NCBI GenBank assembly: GCA_963716175.1
Contig: OY970296.1
Span: 640,001 to 704,000, forward strand
Length of the DNA stretch: 64,000 bases
DNA from: an uncultured Armatimonadetes bacterium
GTDB taxonomy: Bacteria; Armatimonadota; Hebobacteria; Hebobacterales; Hebobacteraceae
Direction of reading: 5' to 3'
Below the pieces are notes generated by a model that worked only from the letters and a program-made list of their open reading frames with translations, was not told the DNA's origin and made no database searches. The translations under genes and the position numbers were made by a program. Position 1 is the stretch's first letter. The number at the start of each line of letters is the position of its first letter. Shown piece by piece: positions 18,357 through 27,644 of this stretch.

Positions 18357-19714
18357 GGCTGCAACCGCTCTCCGCGGGCCAGCGTCATGAGCACGTTGTA
18401 GAGCCCGATGAAGGCCCCGGTGACGATGAGCAGGCCGAAAGCGAGCCGCAGCCCCATGTAGGGCGCGATCAGCGGCAGCGCCCGGTAGACGGTCTCGCCA
18501 TTCGCCCAGGCCCCTCCCTGGATCAGGCCGGCTATGGTGAGCACGCCGAAGAACCCGGAAACACCAACCAGCACCAGCCAGAACTGCAGATTGGCCAGGT
18601 TCATGCTGAACACGCGCCGCCCGGAGACCAGGGGCAGCACGTACCAGAGGCCACCCAGAGCGATCATGCCGGAGAACCCGAGCACCGCGATGTGGGCGTG
18701 CCCGATCACCCAGTTGTTGAAGTGGGTGTAGCGCTGGACCGAGGGCAGCGACTGCAGGGGCCCCTGAAGGCAGGTGATGAGGTACCAGAACGACCCTACG
18801 AACACGAACTTGCCGGGCACACTGCGGGTGAAGTTGCCCAGGTTGTCCTTCGTGGTCAGCCACAGGTTCACCAGCACTGTCATCACCGGGACCACCATGC
18901 CGATGCTGTCCACCACCGAGATGGTCTTCAGCCACGTGGGCACTGGGGCCTGGATGAGATGGTGAGTGCCGATGTGAGTGTAGAAGGCCAGCAGCGTCCA
19001 GAACCCGATGAGCGAGAGGGTGTGGCTGTAGAGAGGGGCCTGGGCTACCCGGGGGATGACATAGTAGGCGATGGCCAGGGCCAAAGGGGTAAGGAAGAGG
19101 CCGAAGATGTTATGCCCGTAGAACCAGAGCCATACCGCGTCCACCGTGCCAGTGAGTGCTCCGGTGGCAGGATGCCACATGACATTGCCCAGAGGGAACA
19201 AGAGCGTGGTCCAGAGGACACCGCCGCAGATATACCAGACCGAGACATAGAGCAGACTCTCCCGCCTCCGCAGCACCGTCATGATCAGCACGTAGAGGAG
19301 CAGCAGCAAAGCGCCCAGGAACAGCACCTTCACCGGGAAGACCAGCTCCGCGTATTCGCGGCCCTGCGTGAATCCCAGCGGCAGGGTGGCGACTGCGCCC
19401 ACCAGCGCCAGGTTGTACAGCACCAAGGAAAGGTTGGCCACCCGCTGGCCGTAGAGCCGAGTGCGCAGCATCACCGGCACTATGTACAACCCCGCGCCGA
19501 TGCTCATCAGGCCCACGAACCCGAAGAGCACCATGTTGGTGTGCGCCGGCCGCACCCGGCCGAATTCCAGGAAAGGGATGTTGCGAAGCACATCGGGCGA
19601 GAAGAGCTGAACCGCGCTCGCCAATCCCGCGAGCGTGGCCACGCACAGCCATACCGCGGAGGAAACGAGATACCTTCTCGCCGCACTATGCTCTTCGTTC
19701 GGCAGCAACTCCAC
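18353..19714 (-). CDS. ccoN: cbb3-type cytochrome c oxidase subunit I (CcoN)
   Basis: FGRVRPAHTN, QGREYAE, WFYGHN, LYSHTLS, GTHHL, WVIGHAH. Confidence 0.92.
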   Translation of the reverse strand: MELLPNEEHSAARRYLVSSAVWLCVATLAGLASAVQLFSPDVLRNIPFLEFGRVRPAHTNMVLFGFVGLMSIGAGLYIVPVMLRTRLYGQRVANLSLVLYNLALVGAVATLPLGFTQGREYAELVFPVKVLFLGALLLLLYVLIMTVLRRRESLLYVSVWYICGGVLWTTLLFPLGNVMWHPATGALTGTVDAVWLWFYGHNIFGLFLTPLALAIAYYVIPRVAQAPLYSHTLSLIGFWTLLAFYTHIGTHHLIQAPVPTWLKTISVVDSIGMVVPVMTVLVNLWLTTKDNLGNFTRSVPGKFVFVGSFWYLITCLQGPLQSLPSVQRYTHFNNWVIGHAHIAVLGFSGMIALGGLWYVLPLVSGRRVFSMNLANLQFWLVLVGVSGFFGVLTIAGLIQGGAWANGETVYRALPLIAPYMGLRLAFGLLIVTGAFIGLYNVLMTLARGERLQP

Positions 19715-19739
19715 TCGGCTTCCCTCGCCTAAGGTTCCC

Positions 19740-20189
19740 GGGCAGGAGACACACTCCTACCCTATAGACGCTCGCACAACGAAGTAACGGCTCGCCGGGC
19801 CCGTGCGCCCGTTCGAGCGTCTCCCGGCTGGGTTCCGCCATCACCTCGTTTGGCGAAACCCACTAGGTGCTCCGCGCGTTCACATGGCAGGAGCAAGCTC
19901 CTGCCCAACGGACATGGGTTGTAGGGCGGGCATGCCGACGCCCGCCACGCGGGGCGGAGGCATCGCCGCCGGCCCTTCCACGCTCGTTTTCCCGCGGCGG
20001 CGATGCGCCCTGCTCCATTCTCTGTCGCAGGATGCATGGCCGCACTACAAACGCTCACGGCAGCGAGCATGCAGAGATGGCTAGGTCGCTCGAAGCGACC
20101 GCTGGCTAAGCCCGCCTTCGGCGGGCCGCCATCCCGGCCTTCAGGCCTAGGGACACGGCAGCTGATAGCCCAGCCGCATGCCGCCCTAC
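19740..20189. repeat. Mosaic of REP-like and other hairpins in the actA-ccoN spacer
   Basis: At least 8 inverted repeats, including GGCAGGAG..CTCCTGCC units, a GTAGGGCGG...CCGCCCTAC pair, and an expanded 50-nt element at 20077-20154. Confidence 0.75.
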
Positions 20190-20194
20190 AGAAC

Positions 20195-20725
20195 TCAATA
20201 GTGGCACGTCGTGCATGACACCGGAGTATCGTTCTTCCGGTGGCAGTCAATGCAAAACCCCATTTCCATCGGCATCGCCTGGATGATGCGATCCATCTGC
20301 TTCACATCCCCGTGGCACTGGCCACAGTCCACGTCCGCCGCGAGATGCATCTCGTGGTTGAAATGCGCGTAGTCCGGCAGATCGTAGACCCGGGTCCAGG
20401 GGACGGGCTGCCTCCGGTCGAAGTAGCCGTGCAGGTCGCGTATCGGCGCGAACTGGGTGATGATCACGTTGTGGCACAGCAAACACTTGCGTACCTCCGG
20501 CATCCCCGCGTTCTTCGACCGGTCGGCACCGTCGTGGCAGAACAGGCAGCTGATCTGCCTCACCCCGGCGTGGATGCGATGGCTGAAGGGCAGAGGCTGC
20601 TTGGGCCCCACCTGGTAGGGATAGGCGCCATAGTGTATCAACCAGGCTGCCACGGCAATGGCCGCGATTGACGACAATATCACTGCCCATCGCCGGGACC
20701 ACGGGCGCTTGGCACTCACTGCCAT
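20195..20725 (-). CDS. actA: Membrane-anchored pentaheme cytochrome c (ActA/QrcA-like)
   Basis: N-terminal TM, QPLPFSHRIH, five CxxCH (CLFCH, CLLCH, CGQCH, CIDCH, CTTCH). Confidence 0.88.
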   Translation of the reverse strand: MAVSAKRPWSRRWAVILSSIAAIAVAAWLIHYGAYPYQVGPKQPLPFSHRIHAGVRQISCLFCHDGADRSKNAGMPEVRKCLLCHNVIITQFAPIRDLHGYFDRRQPVPWTRVYDLPDYAHFNHEMHLAADVDCGQCHGDVKQMDRIIQAMPMEMGFCIDCHRKNDTPVSCTTCHY

Positions 20726-21910
20726 TCCGCCCGCTCCTTCACCAGCTCCTCATCGAGCGGGCTGACCGCGGGATAACGCGCGAGAAACGGAGCGGCGGTC
20801 AGCACTAGCAGGCCCAGGAATCCCACTCCTATCAGCGGAACCAACACCGGAAAGCGCGTGTATTTCGGCGCCAGGGAGGGCGCCACCAGCATGTACCTCT
20901 CCAGCCATACCGACAGCAGCACCAGGGCCGCCACGCCGAAAAGCGCGCGGGTTCTCCTTCACCTCGCGAATCACCAGCAGCGCGAACACCCCGAGGTAGC
21001 AGGTGAACACCAGCACCCAGCAGATGGTCTGCCAGGGAGGGAAGTGGATGCGAGGCAGCACCCAACTGGTTTCCGGCGGCAGGTTCTCATACCAGATGGT
21101 CAGCGACTGGGCGAACATGAAGTAGGTCATCGCCATGGCGAAGGCCATCAGCAGGTTCCCCATGTCCTGCAGGCGCTGGCGGCCGATGAGAGACGCCACA
21201 CCCAGCCAGCGGCGCAGCAGGAGGGTCGTGATGATCAACGCCGCCATCCCCGAGTAGAGCCCGCCGATCAGGTAGTACCAGCCGAAGAGGGTCCCGTACC
21301 ACTGTGGCACCAGGGACATGGCCAGGTCCAGCCCGATGAGGCTGGCCACCACGGTATAGACGAAGGCCAGCATCACGCCCAGCACGGCGAGGCGGCGCTT
21401 CGTCCGTGGGAGATTCTCCTCGCGCTGCGAGGGCGAAGCCAGATCCTGGCGCAGATAGGTGCGGACATAGACCAGCCCGAGCGCGAAGAGGGCCAGCAGC
21501 CCGAGTCCGTCGCGCAGGAAGACGAAGGGCGCATTCAGCCAGATGGCCTGATCGCCGATGTCCATGTGCATCCAGGGCAGATAGTAGCGGCGGCCGACGA
21601 ACAGCCCGACGAATATCAGCACGGAGACCCCGAGGAACCAGATCGCCGAGTGGCCCAGCCGGTTGGCCCACCCGCTCCAGGCGGTGCGGGCGAGGCGGAA
21701 GGCCACCGACCACATGAACGCACCCTGGGCGAGGCTGGTCCAGAACAGGAAGTTGATCAGCAGGGCCCGCCAGGCGGGGGCCGGATCGGGGGCGGTGAGG
21801 CCCAGTGCGAAGGAGGCCAGCCCGACTATGATGCCAAGCGCGGCCAGCAGGTAGAGCCAGGCCGGGACCCGGCGGACATGAGCTTCAGTTGTCGGCGGCC
21901 GATAGCTCAT
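20716..21910 (-). CDS. actF: ActF-like NrfD-family membrane subunit (frameshift near 20945)
   Basis: LINFLFW, WLNAPFVFLR, DLAMSLVPQWYGTLFG, DMGNLL, IWYENLP; C-terminus (WLERYMLVAP) continues in another frame. Confidence 0.82.
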
Positions 21911-22454
21911 TGACTTCTCTGGCCCCGGCGTCGCGGAGGAGGGCAGCCACCCGCGCCGATTCGCTCGCGCCGCAGGTGACCGCGATCCCGAATTGGTCCT
22001 CGCCGAACCGAGGATCGTAGGCCGCCGTGGGCCGGCCCGGCCGCAGGCGGGCGAAGGCGATGATGGCGATAATCGCGGTGAGGCCGCCCAGGAGCACGGT
22101 CAGCTCGAAGCCGATCACACAGTAGGGCAGGATCGCGGCCGGCTGCTTTCCCCCAACGATGAGGCCATAGAGCAGGGCGCTGCCAATGCACATCCAGAAG
22201 CCGCCGATGCAACCCGTGATGGCTGCGACCAGCACCACGAATCGGACCGGGCTGCCGCGCCGGGGCAGCAGATGCTCCAGCTCTGGCAGAGCCACCGGTG
22301 AGTAGGCCGCGAAATCCCGCAGGCCTTCGGCCCGCAGACGCTTGAGCGCACCCACGAAGGAGGCCATCTCCGGGAATACCGAGAACACCCGAGCCTGGTC
22401 GCCCGCCGGCCATGCTTGCCCGCCGGCCGTGTGGCGGGTGGTGGGCTCGCTCAT
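21885..22454 (-). CDS. actD: ActD (DUF3341) subunit
   Basis: AYSPV, LIVGGK, IGFELTVL, YDPRFGEDQFGIAV, LLRDAGAREV. Confidence 0.88.
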   Translation of the reverse strand: MSEPTTRHTAGGQAWPAGDQARVFSVFPEMASFVGALKRLRAEGLRDFAAYSPVALPELEHLLPRRGSPVRFVVLVAAITGCIGGFWMCIGSALLYGLIVGGKQPAAILPYCVIGFELTVLLGGLTAIIAIIAFARLRPGRPTAAYDPRFGEDQFGIAVTCGASESARVAALLRDAGAREVNELSAADN

Positions 22455-23776
22455 AGCGCCGCCTCCGCCGCCTCCCCCAGCCGGATCTCCTTGCTCTCCG
22501 CGATGGAAACCACCGGCAGGTGCTTGGAGAACAGGACGAACCAGAACAGGAACCAGCAGACGGAGGCGGCGGTGATGCTCACTTCCACCCAGGTGGGATT
22601 GTAGAAGCCCCAGACATTGGGCAGGAAATCGTGCGCGGTGGAGTTCACGATGATGACGAAGCGCTCCAGCCACATGCCGATGGTGACCGCCAGGGAGATG
22701 ATGAAGAGGGGCCAGAGCCGGGTGCGGGCTTTCTTCCAGAAGAGGAAGTAGGGGGCCACGCAGTTGCAGGCGATGGTCCCCCAGTAGGCCCAGGCATAGG
22801 GGCCGAAGGCCCGCCAGGCGGAGAATTGCCGCTCGAACACATCCCGGCTGTACCAGGCGATAAACGGCTCCATGATGTAGGCATAGAGCAGAATGGTGCC
22901 GGTCACGATCATGAGCAAGGCGGCCTGCTCCAGGTGGCGGATGGTGATGACGTGCTCCAGCTTGAGGAACTTGCGAGCCGGAATGAGCAACAGGATCACC
23001 ACCGCCAGGCCGGAGTGGATCGCCCCGGCGACGAAGTAGGGGGCGAAGATCGTGGTGTGCCACCCCGGCAGCAGAGACATGGCGAAGTCGAAGGAGACCA
23101 CGCTGTGGACCGATATTACCAGAGGTGTGGCGAGGCACGCCAGGCACATGTAGCCTCTCAAGTAGTGGCGCCACTGATCGTGCTCGCCCCGCCATCCCAG
23201 AGCCAGCGCGCGGTACACGCGGTGGCGCCGCCCCGTGGAGGCGTCGCGCGCCGCGGCCAGATCGGGGATCATGCCCGCGTACCAGAAAATGGTGCTGATG
23301 ATGAGATAGGTGGTCACGGCCACCACGTCCCACACCAGGGGAGACTTGAAGTTGGGCCAGAGATGGCGCTGATTGGGATAAGGCAGGATGAACCAGAACA
23401 CCCAGACCCGGCCCAAGTGGATCAACGGGAAGAGCCCGGCGGTCATCACCGCGAACACGGTCATCGCCTCTGCGCTGCGGTAGATGGCCGAGCGCCAGCG
23501 GATGCGGAAGAGGTAGAGGATGGCCGAGATCAGCGTGCCGGCGTGGCCGATCCCAATCCAGAACACGAAGTTGACGATGTAGGTGGCCCAGCCGATGGGG
23601 TGGCTGATGCCGGCCACCCCCATGCCCCGACAGATCTGGAAGCCCCAGCTGAACGCGCCCCACACGATGCCGAGAAAGAGCAGCGCCACCCCGGCCCAGT
23701 AGACTCGGGAGGGCCTGGAGAGCAGCGCGCGCAGGACTGATTGGTTGTAGTCGCGCAGGGCCAGCTCGGCGGTCAT
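22451..23776 (-). CDS. actC: ActC, NrfD/PsrC-family quinol-oxidising subunit
   Basis: NFVFWIGIGHAGTLISAIL, RSAEAMT, HLGRVW, SPLVWD, SVHSVVSFDFA, GWHTTIFAPYFVAGAI. Confidence 0.93.
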   Translation of the reverse strand: MTAELALRDYNQSVLRALLSRPSRVYWAGVALLFLGIVWGAFSWGFQICRGMGVAGISHPIGWATYIVNFVFWIGIGHAGTLISAILYLFRIRWRSAIYRSAEAMTVFAVMTAGLFPLIHLGRVWVFWFILPYPNQRHLWPNFKSPLVWDVVAVTTYLIISTIFWYAGMIPDLAAARDASTGRRHRVYRALALGWRGEHDQWRHYLRGYMCLACLATPLVISVHSVVSFDFAMSLLPGWHTTIFAPYFVAGAIHSGLAVVILLLIPARKFLKLEHVITIRHLEQAALLMIVTGTILLYAYIMEPFIAWYSRDVFERQFSAWRAFGPYAWAYWGTIACNCVAPYFLFWKKARTRLWPLFIISLAVTIGMWLERFVIIVNSTAHDFLPNVWGFYNPTWVEVSITAASVCWFLFWFVLFSKHLPVVSIAESKEIRLGEAAEAAL

Positions 23777-26733
23777 GTTGGCTCCGAGTCGTTAACCACC
23801 CGCTTCAGGTAGATCACCGCGGGCTTCGTGTTCAGGTGCGAGAGCACCTGGAAGCGGCGGGGGTTGGCCTGCACCAACCGCGAGATCCGGGAATTCGGGT
23901 CCATGAGATCACCGAACACGAAGACCTGGGCTGGGCAGGTCTGAACGCAGGCCGGCGTGATCTCTCCATCGCGCAGGGGCCGCGCTTCCTTCTTGGCGCG
24001 GGCCTCCGCCTCATCTATCCGCTGGACGCAGAAAGTGCACTTCTCCATCACTCCCCGGCAGCGGACGCTAACATCCGGGTTGAGCTGCCAGGTCAGCGCC
24101 GCCGGCCAGTCGTAGTTGCGCCAGTTGAACCGGCGCACCTTGTAGGGGCAGTTGTTGTTGCAGTACCGGGTCCCGATGCAGCGATTGTACACCTGAGCAT
24201 TCAGCCCCTCATCGGTGTGGTGGGCTGCGAAGACAGGGCAGACCGGCTCGCAGGGCGCGGCATCGCAGTGCTGGCAGAGCATGGGCAGGAAAAGCGCGGG
24301 GGTCTGGGGCGATTCCCATTGGTAGTAGCGATCTATCCGCAACCAGGACATCTCCCGCCCCTGGGACACCCACCTCTTGCCCACCACCGCGACGTTGTTC
24401 TCCGCATAGCAGGCGGCCACGCAGGCCTCGCAGCCGACGCAGCGGCCGAGATCTACCGCCATCGCCCAGCGGTGGCTGGGATAGGAATGTGGAGGATAGA
24501 TGTCGGTCGCCGGGGAGTAGCCCTTGGGCAGAGGCCAGAACAGCTCCTTGGGCCGCTGCTGGGGCAGCTTCGACAGCATCACCGCCTCCACGATGGCGCG
24601 GTCATGCTGCGCGGTGCTGCCGATGGCGCGCACCACCGCCTCCGCTGCCCGCTGTGGCGTGACGTATACCTCGGGGAATGGGCCAATCCCGGAAAGCTGC
24701 TCTGACAGCAGTTGAAAGGCATTCGCTCCTCTATCCGCAGCATAGCGGCCATAGGCGGCGTGTCCCTGTCCGAATTGCAGGCTGACCGTGTCCGGGGCCA
24801 GCCCTGGGTAGACAAGGGCCGGAGCCACGATGCTTCCGGCGGCCGTACTTAGCTCCAGTATCTGCCCCGCCTCCACCCCCAACCGATGCGACCGACGCCC
24901 GACCCGCCCCATCTCGATTCCCAGCCTGTGGGCGGTCTGGGGATTCACCTCCACCCACGAGCCCCAGACGCCGAGGCTGACCACATCGGGGGTTTCCTGG
25001 AGCCAGCGCTTGTTCGCCCCCCGGCCGTCGAAGAGGAAAGCTGACGGATGGGCCCAGAGCGCCAGGCCCGTGGCCGCCTGAGGCACAGAAAAGCTCACCC
25101 GCGCTGCGCCGTTCGCCCGGAGCGCGGCCGGGGCGGACCGGGATTCCCGCCAGTGTCCCCCCCGCTTCATGGCCTGCTGCCAGAACTCATCACGCGAGGC
25201 TCCCGGTTCCACCTCCTCCGCCCGTCGGGCCCAACGCTCTCGCAGGTAATCGTAGAAGCTGCTTATCGGTCGGCCGCGCGGAGAAGCGGCCCCGGGCTCT
25301 GCCTGCAAGTCCGCGGCTGCGGCGTTCGCCAAGGCCAGCAAGATATCCCCGGCGGATTGCGTCTGATGCCTGGTGCCCATCACAGGCTGCATCAGGTTGG
25401 CGACCCCGGTTTCCGGCTCGTAGTCTCCCCACGATTCCAGCGGCGTGTCGGCAGGCAGGACCCAGGAGGCTAGGGCCGCAGTCTCATCGGGGAAGGCGGA
25501 TAGGCTGACCACCGTCGGCACCGCCTTCAGCGCTTCGGCAAAGCGCAGCCCTGGCGGCAGCGAGTACGCGGGATTGGCCCCGATGATCACCAGCACCTCC
25601 ACTTGTCCGCTGCTGACCTCGCTGACGAAATCCGAGATCTCCAATGTGCGGGCGGTCTTCCCCAGAGCATGGCTGCGGCTGAAGTCAACAGCCGAAGTCT
25701 GGGCGGCGAGGTTGAGCAGGTTCGCCGCCAAGGCCGCCTCGATGGCCGCGCGGCCGCCGGGCAGTGGCAGCCCGGCCAACGCCAGCGGCGTCTTCGCCCG
25801 GCCGAACTGGCGAGCGAGTGACCTGATCTTCTCAGCGGAAATGCCGATGCGTTGGCTCGCCTGCTCCGGGGTCAACTCGGGAACGCCCGCCGGCAGGCGG
25901 CCCTTGGCCAGGCCTTCCGAAGCCATCGCCTGGATCATCGCCAGCGCCAGCCAGCGCTCGTCTCCCGGCTTGACGAGTAGGTACTCGTCCGCGTTGCACG
26001 CGGTCATAGACACTCGCGGCCCGACATAGACGAACTTGCCCATGTTCCCGTTCTTCGGCACGCGGGTTTCCGCAAACCGGCGAATCCACTTCACCGGAGA
26101 GATCCAAGTCTCGAGGAAGTCGGCCGCAAAAGAGATGAGGAAGTCGCAGCGATCGAGGTGGTAGTCGGGGATGGCCTCTCGGCCGAACACCAGGCGGTTG
26201 GCCTCTCGCAAGGGCTCGTAGTTGAAGGGCTCATAGACCAGATAGCGCTCCGAACCGAAGGCCTTCAGCCACTCCCCGATCAGCGCCGTCAGGCTGCCGG
26301 ACTGCAGGTCGGATATCACCGCCACGCGCCCGGTTCCCCGAAGAGGAGCGAGTATCCGGCCGATCTCGGCCAGCGCAACCTGCCACTCCACCTTGGCCTC
26401 TCGGCCTCTCTCGCGCCTGATGGGCGCACGAATCCGGTCCGGGTCGTAGAGCCCCTGGAGAGCCGCCTGGCCCCGCGCGCAGAGCGTCCCCGCGTTGATG
26501 GGATGGAGCGGGTTGCCCTCGGCCTTAGTAGCCCGGGCTTCTCGGTTTCTGATGATCTGCCCGCAGCCCGCCGGACACTCCCGACAGCTCGTGGCATACC
26601 AGGTCGAGACTCCCGGCACGAGCTGATCGGCCGGCACCAGGAATGGGATGAGCTTGTTGAACTGAAGCGGCTCGGCCCAGAAGCCAATGGTGGTGCCGCC
26701 AATCACCAGTTTCAGGAAATCGCGACGCTGCAT
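23773..26733 (-). CDS. actB: ActB: Tat-exported molybdopterin-oxidoreductase-like domain fused to an Fe-S domain
   Basis: MQRRDFLK Tat motif; CRECPAGCG, EGNPLHP, LCARGQ; C-terminal CVGCEACVAAC, CQHCDAAPCEPVCP, CIGTRYCNNNCPY, EKCTFC. Confidence 0.92.
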   Translation of the reverse strand: MQRRDFLKLVIGGTTIGFWAEPLQFNKLIPFLVPADQLVPGVSTWYATSCRECPAGCGQIIRNREARATKAEGNPLHPINAGTLCARGQAALQGLYDPDRIRAPIRRERGREAKVEWQVALAEIGRILAPLRGTGRVAVISDLQSGSLTALIGEWLKAFGSERYLVYEPFNYEPLREANRLVFGREAIPDYHLDRCDFLISFAADFLETWISPVKWIRRFAETRVPKNGNMGKFVYVGPRVSMTACNADEYLLVKPGDERWLALAMIQAMASEGLAKGRLPAGVPELTPEQASQRIGISAEKIRSLARQFGRAKTPLALAGLPLPGGRAAIEAALAANLLNLAAQTSAVDFSRSHALGKTARTLEISDFVSEVSSGQVEVLVIIGANPAYSLPPGLRFAEALKAVPTVVSLSAFPDETAALASWVLPADTPLESWGDYEPETGVANLMQPVMGTRHQTQSAGDILLALANAAAADLQAEPGAASPRGRPISSFYDYLRERWARRAEEVEPGASRDEFWQQAMKRGGHWRESRSAPAALRANGAARVSFSVPQAATGLALWAHPSAFLFDGRGANKRWLQETPDVVSLGVWGSWVEVNPQTAHRLGIEMGRVGRRSHRLGVEAGQILELSTAAGSIVAPALVYPGLAPDTVSLQFGQGHAAYGRYAADRGANAFQLLSEQLSGIGPFPEVYVTPQRAAEAVVRAIGSTAQHDRAIVEAVMLSKLPQQRPKELFWPLPKGYSPATDIYPPHSYPSHRWAMAVDLGRCVGCEACVAACYAENNVAVVGKRWVSQGREMSWLRIDRYYQWESPQTPALFLPMLCQHCDAAPCEPVCPVFAAHHTDEGLNAQVYNRCIGTRYCNNNCPYKVRRFNWRNYDWPAALTWQLNPDVSVRCRGVMEKCTFCVQRIDEAEARAKKEARPLRDGEITPACVQTCPAQVFVFGDLMDPNSRISRLVQANPRRFQVLSHLNTKPAVIYLKRVVNDSEPT

Positions 26734-26796
26734 GCGGAGCACTTGCCCATGGTTGATGTTCGGGACGCCATCTTTGCCCAGACGCACGGTAATCCT

Positions 26797-26825
26797 CTGA
26801 CACCGCGCGGTCAGCGCGCTATATT
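26797..26825 (+). promoter_or_regulatory. Putative sigma70 promoter for the maturation genes, overlapping a CTGAC-N8-GTCAG inverted repeat
   Basis: CTGACA-17 nt-TATATT in the divergent actB/dsbD-like intergenic region. Confidence 0.45.
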
Positions 26826-26912
26826 GCAACAAGGCAGCGCCAGAGCCGCAGGAAGTCGGCCGCGGCGACGACGAATCCAGCTTGAGACCACGCTTCATAG
26901 GTGCTAGTGGGA

Positions 26913-27644
26913 ATGGCAAGCTTGACCTACCTCTGGCTAGGAATCATCGCCGGCCTGGCAGCAACTCCGCACTGCGCGGGCATGTGCGGCGCCTTTCCTA
27001 TCCACCTCTCCCGCACCGCCGGCCGGGGAAGTCCGCTGGTGCGCCAGCTGCTCTACCTGGCTGGCAAGACGCTCACCTATGCCTTCTTCGGCGCGCTCGC
27101 CGGGCTAGCGGGACACCTGGTAGTGGAGAGCCGGTTGGTCTCCTATTCCCAGCAGGTGCTCTCTTACCTGGTGGGCGCGGCTATGATCGTCTTCGGCCTC
27201 GCCATGCTGGGGATCTCTCCCTCGGTGCGCCTTGCGCTCGGCAGCCGCCAGGAGTGGCGTTTCCCATGGCAGCTTCTCGGCGCTTTCTTCAATTCGCCCA
27301 GCCCAAGCGCAAGCTTCTTGCTGGGCGTGGGAACCGGGTTCCTCCCCTGCCCTATCACCCTTGCTTTGGTGGCGGCCTCCGCGGCCAGCCATTCCGTGGC
27401 TCTCGGCATGCTCACCATGGTCGGGCTCGGCGTCGGCACGTCCGCGGTCCTGCTCGGCATTGGCCTCTCGGGCACACTGGTGGACAGGCGGGTGCGCCGC
27501 ATTGGGCTGCGCGGCGCCGGGGCGATCGTGGTCCTGATCGGCGTGATCGTCATGCTCCGCCCTACCGGGGTGCTATGCCGCCTCCTGCCCCATCCGGGAG
27601 GGTTTGCCACGCTGCTCACGACTGATCGTCAGGAGAGCCCGTGA
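26913..27644 (+). CDS. DsbD_2 / TauE-SafE-like membrane protein (cbb3 maturation context)
   Basis: HCAGMCG and GFLPC motifs, multiple TMs; GTGA overlap with the P-type ATPase. Confidence 0.85.
   Translation: MASLTYLWLGIIAGLAATPHCAGMCGAFPIHLSRTAGRGSPLVRQLLYLAGKTLTYAFFGALAGLAGHLVVESRLVSYSQQVLSYLVGAAMIVFGLAMLGISPSVRLALGSRQEWRFPWQLLGAFFNSPSPSASFLLGVGTGFLPCPITLALVAASAASHSVALGMLTMVGLGVGTSAVLLGIGLSGTLVDRRVRRIGLRGAGAIVVLIGVIVMLRPTGVLCRLLPHPGGFATLLTTDRQESP

Noticed and set aside
15798-20189. Palindromic repeats as a CRISPR array
   Set aside because: No regularly spaced identical repeats with unique spacers, and no cas genes.
26734-26912. FNR/Anr box for the cbb3-ACIII cluster
   Set aside because: No TTGAT-N4-ATCAA match found; only a weak CTGAC-N8-GTCAG repeat.
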